DNA of 64,000 nt. Source: Adineta vaga (taxonomy: Eukaryota > Animalia > Rotifera). Position numbers and translations under genes: made by a program. The DNA lies in the NCBI GenBank assembly GCA_021613535.1, contig CP075497.1, positions 6,944,001 to 7,008,000 on the forward strand. The letters are read 5' to 3'. The notes under the pieces were generated by a model. The model saw only the letters and a program-made list of their open reading frames with translations. It was not told the origin of the DNA and ran no database searches. Of this stretch, positions 1 through 12,866 are shown in pieces (within the stretch, counting starts at the first letter, position 1; every line of letters starts with the position of its first letter).

Positions 1-3000
1 AAGATATGTATGTTTATATATGTCCTTTGTGTATTTAAATAAGAAAGATTCGTGCAAGTTCTATATGACATTATATTATCATGCAAATGAACACATCAAT
101 TCATCAGTTTAGTAATCTTAGTAGTGATTTAAAAGCAGAAAATATTTTTCTCTTTCTTTCTTTCTTCTCTGACAAATGATATTTCATTGTATTTTTAATG
201 AAAAAGAAGTGTTTTTTACTTAGAAGTATCAACTAGTAAATAACGAAAATAATACATACATATCTTATCTTTGAATGTAGGCGTTGTTGAGTTTTACTAC
301 TTAACGTTTATTTTGATCATACTAATTTATCATCGATTTCATCTCAATAAAAATACTCTGATATGATTTATGAAAAATGTAAACGTGTCGCTTAGGTTTT
401 CTTCGTACGGAAACATCATTCACTTTTCTATCGTTCTATCTGTTGCATTCATAGAAAAATGATTCTTTTCTCTATCAAATAAATAAACAAGACCACATCA
501 ATGCATAAGGAGATGAAGACCCCCCACAGTTCGTCTCATTCATATTCAACAATACGATAAGAAAATTCAACTATATAAATTTATGTTCGTCAAGGTCAAC
601 TGTTAACACCCTGAAAAAAAAAGTCTGTGCAACTTATTATAAATTAATCTTTCATACAATTTGACACAAGTCTATATGTTTTTTTCTGTCGTCTACAATC
701 AATCGAAATGTTCGTATAAGTGGAAAATTCATTGATACGTTTTTTCTTCTTCTCATAACTCGAGGAAATCTTTTGATTGACATGTGTCTAGTTATCTATG
801 GACTAGATTATTTTTTCTTCCGTTCATATTTCTTATTGTAATCAGTTGTTGTATAAGAGAAGAGATTTGAATGAAATAACAATGTCTTATATTGATGTAT
901 TTCTTTGTTTATATGAACTCATTGATCAGAATTAATTTATTGGCAATTGCAAAAAAAGAAAAATCAAAATCAATCACTATAGAAATGAATTGCATGTTGT
1001 TGTTTTTTCTCTTTTATACGAACGGATACATGCAAAAAGAAATCAAAAAAAAGATTACCTGACTGTCAATGCATTATTCAAGAAAGTAATATTTACAAAT
1101 CAACGAATCAACAATAGTATTAATTGGAAGATGCCGAAGTTGTTTGACGATGAAGGATTTTATCAGAAATATAAAAATATAAAAATATTTTGAAAAGATC
1201 ATGAATATGAATTCAAAATGGAATCTTTTCGTAGAAAATTTCAATGTTTCCATACTTAGTCGAGTTTTTCATTCAAAACACAGTGTAATGAGAAAAAAGT
1301 TCATCTGACATTGTTGTTTCAATAGTTATGTTATGAAAGAACGAATGATCTTTCAATCATTACTAGACAAGAAATAATTCTTAGACAATCTAATAAACAG
1401 CATTTTGTAAAGATCTATTTTTGCATTAGCGTATGAGTAATGATTGGCATTTTCTCTTTGATAACGAATATAACTGTCATTACACCATAGCATGCGCTCC
1501 AGACAATGTGTAATTATAAGTCTTTGTTTTCGGATCAATTTGTATATAAGACATCTGTCAATGGAATTGTAATATTCAGTGTTATTTTCAGCCTTAACTC
1601 TGTAATAATATCTATAACTGAGATCAATCATCAGCTATTCTATCTGGCATAATAACTATGAGAAAACATAAATATTATCTATTGATTAGGTCAACTTAAC
1701 AGATGATACTATGAAAATGTTTATTTTCAAATAAGCTTTAGTTGTAAAATTAGATGTTATTTACCATCTTTACGCGATACAAGAAAGAAAAGAAATTGAA
1801 CTGAATAGTAGTAATTTTTAATTAGAAAGACTCTTACATCCTCTTTTTGATAATGATTGACAAAGACAAAGGATGTCATATTCATTTATCTAGCTGTCGA
1901 TCTAACTCTGACTATTCATATCTATATATATATGCATGCCAACGTTACCTAATTAAATTTGATATATTACAAGAAAACAATAACTAATGAAAATTATTAT
2001 TGTTCTCTCGGGAAATGAAAAAATCAAGAGTTCAAATCTGTGAATAATTTATAAAATATGATCTCATTCGAACACTAAAACTACTAAGAAACTTCTTTGA
2101 AAATAGAACAATTTCAGAAAATCTCTGTGTGGATTAAATTCAACTGGAGAGGATAGTTTATGTCAGAAAAAGTGGTCTTTTTGATTATGGTATTCGAGTA
2201 TCTTCAGCTTAGAAATCATGCAATGTAAACACACCTTGAAAACTCTTCTGGATTTACGTATTTGATTGTATGATGTTATTATTAATAATTCTTACTGATG
2301 TTTATCAATTCTTATTTAAGCGCGTCTAAGACGCTTGTTATCGGAGATGTAACAATATTTTTCCATGTCTAGAAACAAAACGAATGTCGTGTTCTAATAT
2401 TATTAATTTATCCTCGATCTCTTCGTTAGCGATAATAATACTCTAGCGGATTCATTTGTCTGTCTCAAGCGCATAAGTCATCTGTTCGATGAACAAGGTT
2501 ATTTCTCATGGGAAACGATGGATATTTGCTAACTTTTTTTTGAGAAGAGATTAAAAATTCTATTTTAATTTGATCACGAACTTGGTTCTGAAATGAAATG
2601 TTTTGTATGAAATAGAAAGGATATCAATGGAATGAAGCTATATAATGAAACAATTATGTTTATTAAGTGATGTCAAATGAAAAGAAATCTGGTTGAGTAT
2701 TTTATATGGCTATTACACAATAGCGATGCCAATCATAGAGTGGAAACAATGATTTGTATACAATGAGAAAACGATGATGTAAGAGGATTATTACTATTTC
2801 TTTTTTAATATCAGGATGAAAGAACAAATCGTCAAGGTTATTTCTACTTTTGTTACTTAAACTACAAGAATACAAAGAATTTCCATTCTATGAACCTAAG
2901 AGTCTTACCGTTGGTGTAGTTTAGGAATATTACATCTTATTCGTAGTTAATTTAACAGATATTGAATGAATAGGAAAAAAACAAAATTAATATACATATT

Positions 3001-3661
3001 TCTTAGATGCGTCACACGAGAAAGGTCTATAGGGCTAGTTAAAATATTCAGTTGACATCGACCAAAGTGTCTGTACTTCTATGCAATTACTTTATTTAAT
3101 TTCTTGATTATACATTACTAAATTACATTGGGGTCAATTCTCACATTTAGATAATGACTCGAACACATAAAATGTCCTAAAAATATTCTTAAGATCTAAC
3201 TACGTTTGTGTTATTCGTTTTTTTTCTATTCATATAACTATCTTCAAATAAAATGAAAAATATCACTAATAAATACCTGTTGTTTTACGTCTGTTAGATA
3301 TGCATTCGCTATATAATAATAAACTATTGCATTTTTAACATTTAGTCTATACTGATATATGTCTGAAACTAATGCGAAGAACTAATATTTAAAGAAAGAT
3401 ATCTAATTCAGTATTGTCTTTACGTGACTTGCATCTATATAATATATTTGAAGAACGTCAATAATCATTTGTTTTCTCACATCTGTAACAAGTATTACAC
3501 GAACTTTAAACTCAAATATATTAAGATTGAATTCTTCTTGTATGAGAATGATATATGTGTCTACGTTTTTTTATTCACATTTCGTGATTGAAATAAAAAA
3601 AGAAAGAAAATAACAACATAGTAGTGTAGTGTAATTAAGAGTTCAATGCTGATGAAATGGC

Positions 3662-4801
3662 TTAAAAATTCATGGTTTTATCTTCACGATATTGATACAT
3701 ATAATCATTTGTATCTTTTTCTTCGATCTTTTCCCAACCGGTTTCTTTCATATGATAGACTAAATAAAATTAGGAAATATGAGTCATATTTTTCAGTAGA
3801 AGAAATCTTGTCTTTACTTCGAACGATGTTTCCCGATGCAGCATCACGATGGGCAGCATGAACAATTGCACGACGACCAAGATCAATAGCATCAGCAGTA
3901 CTCATTTCATATCTAAAGAAAAATCGAAGAACAACGAAAATGTATATTTTCTGCTATTAAACTTACTTATAACCAGCATCAAGAATGCTATAGGCATATA
4001 TTGAACCACTACCAACTGAAAATAGATTATCACTAATTCGTTCACCATCATCTGATACCATGTAAAGTCCAGGACCCTACATCAACGAGAGAGAGAGAGC
4101 ACACATGTTTGATATGAATCTATTGGAAAAAGTGTACTTACGCGTTTATCCCAACCGACAATCATTGTCCCCATCGATAAACCCATGCCACGATATTCAA
4201 AGATCATATTTGCAAGAATTTTTGAAGCAGCAGCAACAGAAATTTTCTCTTTATTACGTAATTCATAGATACGACAATGTCGAGCAAGTACTCGTTCCCA
4301 AAATGCACAATCAGCTGCACCACCAGCCATTGTACCCAACAAATAAGGATTAATTTCAATAACCTTTTTCACTTCACCCGATGCTAAAAATATGAAATAT
4401 TAATATGATATTTTTTGTTTGTTTATCAAATGAAACCTACCAATAAAACCACCAGCCGTAGCACGACTGTCTACAGCTACTATAACACCATTACGGAATT
4501 TAAATGCTAACGTTGTTGTTCCTTTGAGAAATTGAATACGAACACGATCAACTTTTTCATTGACCATTTTTAAATATTTTGCTGGCTATGAAAAAGAAAG
4601 AAAATAACAAATTAATATCCATAAGAATAAGATGAAATCAAATTTTACATCTGCATACGGTGGTAAAGTAATAAATTGAGATATATTTTCAATATTCAAT
4701 TTGGGATTGAATTCATCTATTTCTTTATCAGTTTTTGCACATTGTAATGATCGATCAAATGCATCGTTTGACTTGAATCCAAGTATGCTTGATAAAGCCA
4801 T
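3662..4801 (-). CDS. PSMB5: 20S proteasome subunit beta type-5 (chymotrypsin-like), 6 coding exons
   Basis: Spliced translation gives a propeptide, then [27 protein letters not shown] (catalytic Thr1), [46 protein letters not shown] and AAHRDAASG, ending YHMKETGW...KTMNF*. Introns are GT-AG. Confidence 0.97.
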
Positions 4802-4881
4802 TTTTCTAAGTTTTTCTTTCTTAAAAATATCTAAATAGATGAAACTAAATTGAAATTGAACTCTTCGTCATTACTACTTAC

Positions 4882-5190
4882 ACAAAGCTCATCAACGATT
4901 GGTCTAAATCACATACCATTCAACATCGTATGTAGGCGAAAAGATATATTTAAATGATTAAATTTTAATTTCTCTAAAAGATTTTTATTCGGGAGTATTG
5001 TTTGAAAATAAATTCTTTTCTCCCAATTTTTTCCACTTGTCGCTACAATCTCTGTTAAATTAAATAATACAATTAATTCATTCAAAACAATTCCTATTAT
5101 GAAAAAAAACTTTTTTTCTTTTTCATTCAATCTAATATTTTAATCTTTACAAATTCTTTTGTTTATCATATCAGTCCATAAAATACCAAC
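4882..5190. promoter_or_regulatory. Probable bidirectional promoter region between head-to-head PSMB5 and the PAM2 gene
   Basis: Divergent start codons at 4801 and 5434. A PSMB5 5'UTR intron is likely at 4831-4881 (GTAAGT...TTTAG on minus). Confidence 0.45.
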
Positions 5191-5433
5191 ATCATGTCTC
5201 CTCCTCCATTAAAAGATCAATCAGAAGCAAAAAAAATCCATCTAATGTCGAAAGTTTTTCTATTCATCAAACGTTTCAATATTCTAGATAAACCGTGAAT
5301 TTTTGTTTATCATGCATACGGTTTATTCTCAGACTGATCAATTAATCATTTGATTTATCATGTCATTACTCTATTAGTTCCAATAAACAAACAGAAAAAA
5401 ATCATTATTTTTTGTCTTTAAAACCGAACAATT

Positions 5434-7781
5434 ATGAGTACATCACCTTCATCAGGTCTCTCACCAGAGGCGAAAGAATTTGTTCCATTAGGACAAAATT
5501 CATCGATAAGCATTCCGTTATTTGTTGATGAAAATTCAGTTGCATCTATTTATCCTTCGGATCAACAACCATTAATGGTTCAAACAATCTATCCAATGAT
5601 GGTAACCAATACTAAGCTAAATGATAATGTTCCAATTCCAGAAATTGAATTTCATATACAATCATCTCAACAACAACAATTTCATATTGATTCATGTACA
5701 AATATTCCACAATCATCTTCAATGAATGGACTTTCACCTTCAAATTCAACATCACAAATTGTTCTCTTACCCACAACTAATTCAGCAACTGGAGTTACAC
5801 CAACTGGATATTATTCTGGTCCACAAATCATTTATTCAACTACTGAACCAGGATCAGGATTTTATCCGATTGATTATTGTGAACAATCTTTAATCAATTT
5901 TTCTCTTCAACAACCAACACAAATGTCGAAATCTCATCGAATTTTATCTCATCAACAAAGACCCACTTCATTTCGTCAACATGGAATGAATCATCCAACA
6001 TATCGTCCATCATCTCGTGGAAACAGTCGTGGTGGTGGTGGTGCTGTTGGTGTGGGCGGTGGTGGTAACAATAGTGGAAATTTAAATAATCGAAATTCTT
6101 ATTATGATTATAATAATCGTCGTAATGGTGGCTCATCATATGCTTCTAATTCTGGACGAGGAAATTCGTTAAACAGTAAACGAATATCATCATCTTACCA
6201 CTCGAATGATTACAATAATTATTATCATTCATCATCAAGATCAAGAGGTTATTTATCACGTTCATCTCAACAACCACATGATGAACATCGAAAAGATCAT
6301 TCAGACTATTATAATCATAACAATGAATATCATTCATCTGGTCATATGAATGAGGATGGTACACCATTTGAATTTCGACCTGAAGACTTTCCAAGTCTTC
6401 CAATGAATCAACAACCGTCTGATGAAAAAATCTCAACACCATCGACTGTGCCAACTACTACTGTTACTAAGTAAATTGATTTAAATTTGTAGAAAAATGA
6501 TTTTAATCACTTTCCTTTTTTTTCAGACCAGCATCATCTTGGAATGAAATTGTTTCAACTCCACGTCATCGTTCAACTTCTCCACAATCAATACCTCCCT
6601 CTCAAGATCAACGATCTGATCGAAGTCGTTCATTTAATAATAAACCATCATCAAATAATGAACGAAAATCTTCGAATAAAAAACAAAATCAACCATCTAT
6701 GACTGTAAACTCACCTAATTGTGCTTCCAAATCACCGACTTCTCAAAATGAACAACAACGTTCACTATCGTTAACCAATAGTGATCTTCCAAACAAAGAA
6801 ACTCATATTCAAACAGACGATATTAAGGATGATGGTTTCATTCAACCAAAATATCAACAACGACGTTTAAAACGTAAAAATAAACTCCGAGAAGAACCGC
6901 TCTCGTTTCCAGAACAATCCAATGAAATTGAATCAGCTCCATATGCTCTCGACGATGAAAATGCATTTCCTACTTTAGGTCAACCAAATCTTACCTCAAC
7001 ATCAACGATAAAATCAGAAATTGAAGTGATACAAAAATCAAATTCTAACACATCTCAGCATCATTTACCTGATATGTTCAATCGATTAAATCTATCATCA
7101 CAAGTTAAACAAGAAAATTCATCAGATTCGAAAGCAATAGTGAAACGTGAACAAACCAAATCACGCAAGTCAAGTAAAATTAAACGAAGTATTAATAAAG
7201 AAATTGACGAAAATCAAAAACAATCTTCACAAGTAACAATAGAAAAGAACATGGAAGAAAATAATATTCAAACTAATACTGATACAAATACTGCTAATGT
7301 TAGAGAAGAGTAAGTTATATTGCAATTTAAAAGACTACAAATTGATTTAAACATGATCAACAATCATAAAAAATAAAAACACGTACTCCTAATGTTTTCT
7401 ATCAGAACGATTATAAACTAGGTCATGTATTGCATATTCTCATTTGATCGAGAGAATAATTTTGTTGTATTAACAGTTGAGATACTCAATGCAAAAGAAA
7501 TAATTAAGTGTACTAGACAAAATTATGAAAATAGATCGTATTGCTCGATTCGCATTAGAACATTCGTTAATAAAGTACCTTGATATACAAAATGAACTGT
7601 TCCGATGAGAGAATCGCATGCATGAGAAGTGACTGAAACATTTGAGTTATTTTGACTTTCATTTTTATCGTTTATTTTTAGTAATCATCAAAACTCAAAT
7701 ATATTATCTTCAAGCAGCAATAATAGTAGTGACACCAGTGATTATGATGATGCGGTTGACAATTTGAATGATGTTGAATGA
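5434..7781 (+). CDS. Disordered PAM2-motif protein resembling the N-terminal part of SECIS-binding protein 2 (SBP2/SBP2L); exons 5434-6470, 6527-7309, 7682-7781
   Basis: N-terminal LSPEAKEFVP matches the PAM2 (PABP-binding) consensus. Also an RGG/G-N-Y-rich segment, FEFRPEDFPSL and ENAFPTLG motifs, and basic patches. The exons join in frame at GT-AG sites. Confidence 0.75.
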
Positions 7782-8282
7782 AATGAATAACAAAGAAAAA
7801 CAAATCTTTTATGAATCTATACATAATTATTTATTTTTTGTTTTGTTTTGTTTCGTTTCTCATTTATTGTTGTAGACAATATGACGATTATTTTTAGTAC
7901 AATCTTTGTTGTTTGTTCGTCTTGTTTTCTTTGATTTTGTTTTTTTTCCTCCTTCTCCTGACTTCTTTTTCTCCCAAGTGCAATAGAAACAAATAATACG
8001 CATGCGAAATGAAAAACCACAAGTATGTATGAGAAAACGTTTTCTTGGATTCCATTTCGAAATTTCTTGTAGGCAAGAATAGAGGGCGAAAATAACCACA
8101 AAAGAGAAACGATATATGTCTTTCAGGATATCTCTTTTATTTTACTCATATCTACGTATGTCAATTTTATTTTAATTTTTTGTGGGCACTTATGTGTTTT
8201 ATGTAAATGTTTATTTGGATTTTCATTGTCGTTTTCTTTTCTCTTTTTTTTCTCTCTTTATAATTATGAATATTATCATTAA

Positions 8283-8287
<5 letters not shown>

Positions 8288-8311
<24 letters not shown>
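8288..8311. repeat. (ATT)n microsatellite
   Basis: Direct tandem ATT/TTA run in intergenic or 3' sequence. Confidence 0.8.
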
Positions 8312-8313
<2 letters not shown>

Positions 8314-8802
8314 CGCAATAAAATATAAAAGCGTTTTTCGTTGTGAAAAATATTGATGTTCTTTCTTTCTATAGAGAAGTTTGTAAAGACACGAAGACAG
8401 GAAATAGATACTAATGACAAAGTTTTGTTCAACTTTAAATAATTACTTCTGATACGTTGACATGTCTGTGTGTGTTTGTATGTATGTCATGATTCCAGTC
8501 TTCTCCCTAGCATTCACGAAAGATGTTGTACGCAATTTGACAACTATCTTGTAGAAGTTTCGAATAATATCTTTAGAACTATCAAATTTGATGAAAATAT
8601 AATTAAAAGTAGAATATTATATGTTTTTCATCCTATACTGTACCTGTTAAAAGTATTTGCCATGACATGATTTTGTGTGCCTCTACGATGATTTCCATGT
8701 TTTCCCTTGTAATATTGGATTTGCTTAGACGATCTTCGATTTAAAATTTAATCTTTATTTCATAAGAAAATATCTTACTGATTATATTTATATATATTCT
8801 AG

Positions 8803-11080
8803 ATGGAAATTCTATCATCCCTCGTATGGATCAAATGTGGAGCAGCAAAAACGACTCCAATCAAAGTAATTTAATTTCAACTTTTAGTTTTCGTATATTT
8901 CTTTTTCAATCTTTTAGTTTTTACCCGATCAAGAAGAACTCGATAGTATGATTGATAAGAAAGGGTAATTAATTCTATTCAAATCAATGAAGACTTAATC
9001 TATGTTTGAATTCTTTCCTTCCCAGAGTTCGTGTTAAGGACGATGATGATGATGATGACGACGACGAAAAAAGTAAAGATGCGGATATGGATGTTGAAAA
9101 ATATAATGATCAAATAAATCGTAAGTAATGTTGTAAAACCTTGATGTTTCGTTTCATTTTCTTTTATTGTAGAAGATGATGAAGATGATGATAATGTAAT
9201 TATACCAGGTGCAGGACCTATTGCAATGCACGCATCCAACCGTGATGATCCTCTACTTGAAATCCAAGATGATGTAAGATGTTTGCTTTGAATTGTTTCT
9301 AATCATTGAGAAATATAATCTCTTTTGCAGGGCGAAGATTCTGATGCGGAAGATTTTTTTATTCGACCAGATGATAATCTAATTGTTGCTGCACATATTG
9401 AAGATGATACTTCTAGTCTTGAAGTTTATGGTAATGATTATCCAATCACAAAAGTTTTCCTTGAAATATCTTCTTCTTTTTTTAAGTCTACAATGATAAA
9501 GAAGGTTATCTCTATGTTCATCATGATATATTAATGTTACATATGCCATTATGTTTAACATGGTTAGATTATGATGTGAATAATACTAATCCAGGTTTGT
9601 TTATTTACTAGAAATGAAAGTTTTGTAAATATGTTGAGTATGTTTTTAGTGAATTGCGTGGCTGTTGGAAGTATGGAAGGTGTAATTGAATTATTTGATA
9701 TTGATCTTGTTGATCAAATGGAACCAATGTATACATTTGGAAAGAAATCGAAAAAGAAAAAAGCAAAATCATCAAAGAAAACTTCTAAAGTTTGTTTCAA
9801 AGAATTTTATATGAAATATGAAAATATATTTTTTTTATTCATTCCACAGAAATCAGGTGAAGGTCATGATGCTGCTGTTTTAGATCTCACATGGAATAAA
9901 CTTGTTCGACAAATTCTTGCATCAAGTTCTGCTGATGCAACTGTTGCTTTATGGGATTTAAGTCAAATGAAAATGGCTTTACATTTAGATAAAATACATA
10001 AAAAACAGGTTGGTAAGTGTAGAGAAGAATTGAATACATTGTTCTAAACGAATTTTTCGTTTTCCTCTGAAATTAGATTCAATCGATCTGTTGGCATCCA
10101 AGTGAACCACAAAATTTACTTTCTGGTTCATCCGATCAGACCGTATGTTTAACTGATTGTCGAGATGCTGACAATAAAAATAGTCAACATCGATGGACAT
10201 TTGATTCAGATATTGAACGAGTAGCATGGAATACATTCGATTCAAATCAATTTCTAGTAAACAATTTTCAATGAATATTCATTGACTTTTATTTCGATTC
10301 ATCGATCATTATAGGCATCTACTGAAAATGGATATGTCTATGCAATGGATATTCGACAAACAACTATACCTGTCTTCAGTTTATCTGCTCATGATGGTGC
10401 TGTTACTGGTAATAAGAATTCTTGATGAATATTTTTGAAATTTTATTTTGAAATATTTAGGTTTATGTTTAAGCTCAACTGTGCCTGGTTTTCTTGTTAC
10501 ATCATCATTTGATGAAAGTGTGAAAATATGGGATGTAGAAAATGGAAGTGTCACATTTATCGCTGAACGACGATTTCAAACAGTAACTTGATCCTATGTT
10601 GATTGATTAAAAAAGAAAACTGTTTTTTCTTGTTCTATAGGGACGAATCAATACATGTCTTGCTAATCCAGATTTTCCGTTTACATTTGCTATTGGTGGT
10701 CAATCAAAAGGTTTACAAATATGGGATTGTACCGAAAATGCCAATGGTATGATAACGCTGATGTTAGAGAGTTTCACATTTATATAAAAATGTTAAAAGA
10801 AAGATATGCGAATCACTTTAAAGTACACTATTTTGAATTCATGTTAATCGCAAACAAATACTTACGAATGAAAATTCTGTTGTATGAAATTAAACTTCTT
10901 TTATTTTCGTTTCTAGTTCGTTCACGATTTGGTTCTCGTGCAAAATTTGAAATGGTCGAAGTATTTGATGAAAAGGAATCTATTAAACCAATAGTATCAA
11001 CTTTTCCAACGACTACTCCGAATGTAACATCAGCTGTGTTAAAAGCACAACGAAAAAAATCGTCTAAAAAGAATAAATAA
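8803..11080 (+). CDS. PWP1: Periodic tryptophan protein 1 (WD40, ribosome biogenesis), about 13 exons
   Basis: [17 protein letters not shown]-terminus, acidic tract, [80 protein letters not shown] and further WD repeats. Confidence 0.93.
10765..10859 (+). ncRNA. Candidate intronic box H/ACA snoRNA in the last PWP1 intron
   Basis: Lower stem TGCGA(10807-11)/TCGCA(10848-52) and upper stem TTTAAAGTA/TATTTTGAA around an internal pocket. ACA at 10854-56, ANANNA at 10795-10801. The 5' hairpin is weak and the 5' end uncertain. Confidence 0.5.
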
Positions 11081-11249
11081 ATAAATAAACCCATTTACAT
11101 GTGAAAAAAATTAATTGTTTTGTTGCACATTTTCTGATGATTCATCGAACTCGTAAACGTCATCTTGTTGACGTGTCTAGATTCGTTATTGCTCAATCAT
11201 AAAAGAAACATTCTATATAAGAAGAAAAATAATTTTGGAAATATAAAAT

Positions 11250-12866
11250 ATGAGTCGAATAATTTCATGGTTTTTGAAAAAAAATGATTTTACATCAAAT
11301 CCAAGATCTCTTGCAGTTTATATTGAATCTTTAATTGTTGATAAAAAAATCAACGAATTTACATCGTATTTACAAAGAAAAAATGATCGATTATCTTGTA
11401 TCGATGGTTTTTTTAAAATATTACCTGTAATGCCTGATGAGACTTATATGGCTAATATATTTGACTTAATCTGCAAGAAATCTCGATTGCCAACTGCAGA
11501 AATATCAAAGATTATCTCCAGTAAACTATCAGCAGCACTTACTAACGAAAATTTTGATATATTTGAAAGAATTCTTCAATTACCATATCCATCCATTCCA
11601 ATTCTTTTATCAACACCAGATATATCTCGATTGATACGTTCTTGTTCAAATCCTGATCAAATAATCAAATGTTTATCAATATTAATCGAAAAAAATCTTC
11701 GCCACGATGCTCAATATCTTTCATGGATATTGATCATTCTGTTTGAATATTATAAAATTGGCGATGAAGTTATTATTGAACATTTCGTAAATACAAAAGC
11801 GGGTGAACTGGTTTTACATGTACCATTCGGAAGTCATAATGTGACACCTTTAATGATTTTCTTTCATCTATATTCGAATACAAAATGTCAACTAATTATT
11901 GATCATTATCTAACGAATATAGAAGATCAATCTGTATTATTACAATGTGATCGATGGGATAGATCATATTTAACACATCTATTATGTGGTGAATGTCAAC
12001 ATACAACTGAAACAATTTCAAAAATTCAATCGAATGATTTAGAGGAAATAAATAATCAATTAATGAATGCATGTACACATTCGACAAGTATACTTTCAAA
12101 ATTTGCATTTCTTTATAAATTAAATAACAAATGTGAATCACCTGTGAAGATGATTTTTGTTTCGAGATTCTGTTTACCACTTCGAATAAGATTATTTAAT
12201 TATCTATGGGAAAATAATTTATTAACTGATATAAAACTTGAAGAGATTTTTATTCATTTTTCTTCCAATTCGATTTCAATCTATGAAAATTATCTCCTAC
12301 GATTAATTCATAAGCAGAATTTAAATCAAGCTCTTGTTTCTGTACTCTGCAATTCTCAAAATCATGTTTCCCAAGCTGAAAAGACAATTCAATTTCTTTT
12401 ACGACATGGTGCACGAATAGATGATATGAGTTCGATTTCATCATCAATTTCTTTCATACTTACTAATGATCATTCACTAATTCCATTTCTATTACTTGAT
12501 TATTCAATGTCGATAGCTATAACTTCTGATATGTGGTTGAATAGACCTACTATCAGAAAGAATTTGTACATCTGTCGTGCTATTCATTGTGGTTATTCTC
12601 GTCTATCTCAAGTGGAATTTAAAGATTTTAAATCGACTCTATCACAACAAGTACTTCGATCGATAAATAATTTTGTCGATTTAAAAAATCCGACAAATTT
12701 ATCAAATTTATGTCGACGAAAATTACGATGTTCGATGAAGCATCTAGGCGATGAAACATATGATAAGCTGAAAGATTATCTGCCCAATCGACTGGTTCAA
12801 TCGATAAAACTCTATGAATTCAAAGAATGGCTTACATGTTATCACGCAGTCATAAATGGTAGTTAA
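11250..12866 (+). CDS. Intronless helical/degenerate ankyrin-like protein with C-terminal SOCS box (Elongin BC-cullin substrate adaptor)
   Basis: 538-aa ORF. C-terminal PTNLSNLCRRKLRCSM...LPNRLVQSI fits BC box + cullin box. Ankyrin-like fragments NVTPLMIF, DRWDRSYLTHL and IQFLLRHGARID. Confidence 0.8.
   Translation: MSRIISWFLKKNDFTSNPRSLAVYIESLIVDKKINEFTSYLQRKNDRLSCIDGFFKILPVMPDETYMANIFDLICKKSRLPTAEISKIISSKLSAALTNENFDIFERILQLPYPSIPILLSTPDISRLIRSCSNPDQIIKCLSILIEKNLRHDAQYLSWILIILFEYYKIGDEVIIEHFVNTKAGELVLHVPFGSHNVTPLMIFFHLYSNTKCQLIIDHYLTNIEDQSVLLQCDRWDRSYLTHLLCGECQHTTETISKIQSNDLEEINNQLMNACTHSTSILSKFAFLYKLNNKCESPVKMIFVSRFCLPLRIRLFNYLWENNLLTDIKLEEIFIHFSSNSISIYENYLLRLIHKQNLNQALVSVLCNSQNHVSQAEKTIQFLLRHGARIDDMSSISSSISFILTNDHSLIPFLLLDYSMSIAITSDMWLNRPTIRKNLYICRAIHCGYSRLSQVEFKDFKSTLSQQVLRSINNFVDLKNPTNLSNLCRRKLRCSMKHLGDETYDKLKDYLPNRLVQSIKLYEFKEWLTCYHAVINGS

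Noticed and set aside
1-3600. Short ORFs 990-1193 and 1353-1631 (the latter with FN3-like YYYRVKAEN); possible TE or pseudogene debris
   Set aside because: No coherent exon chain, no transposase or RT motifs, no terminal repeats seen.
5194-5298. Upstream ORF MSPPPLKDQSEAKK... before the PAM2 gene
   Set aside because: An in-frame stop precedes ATG 5434, so it cannot extend the protein. It is unclear whether it lies in the mature mRNA.
7817-8432. Several Lys/Ile-rich minus-strand ORFs
   Set aside because: Translations of low-complexity T-rich 3'UTR and microsatellite sequence.
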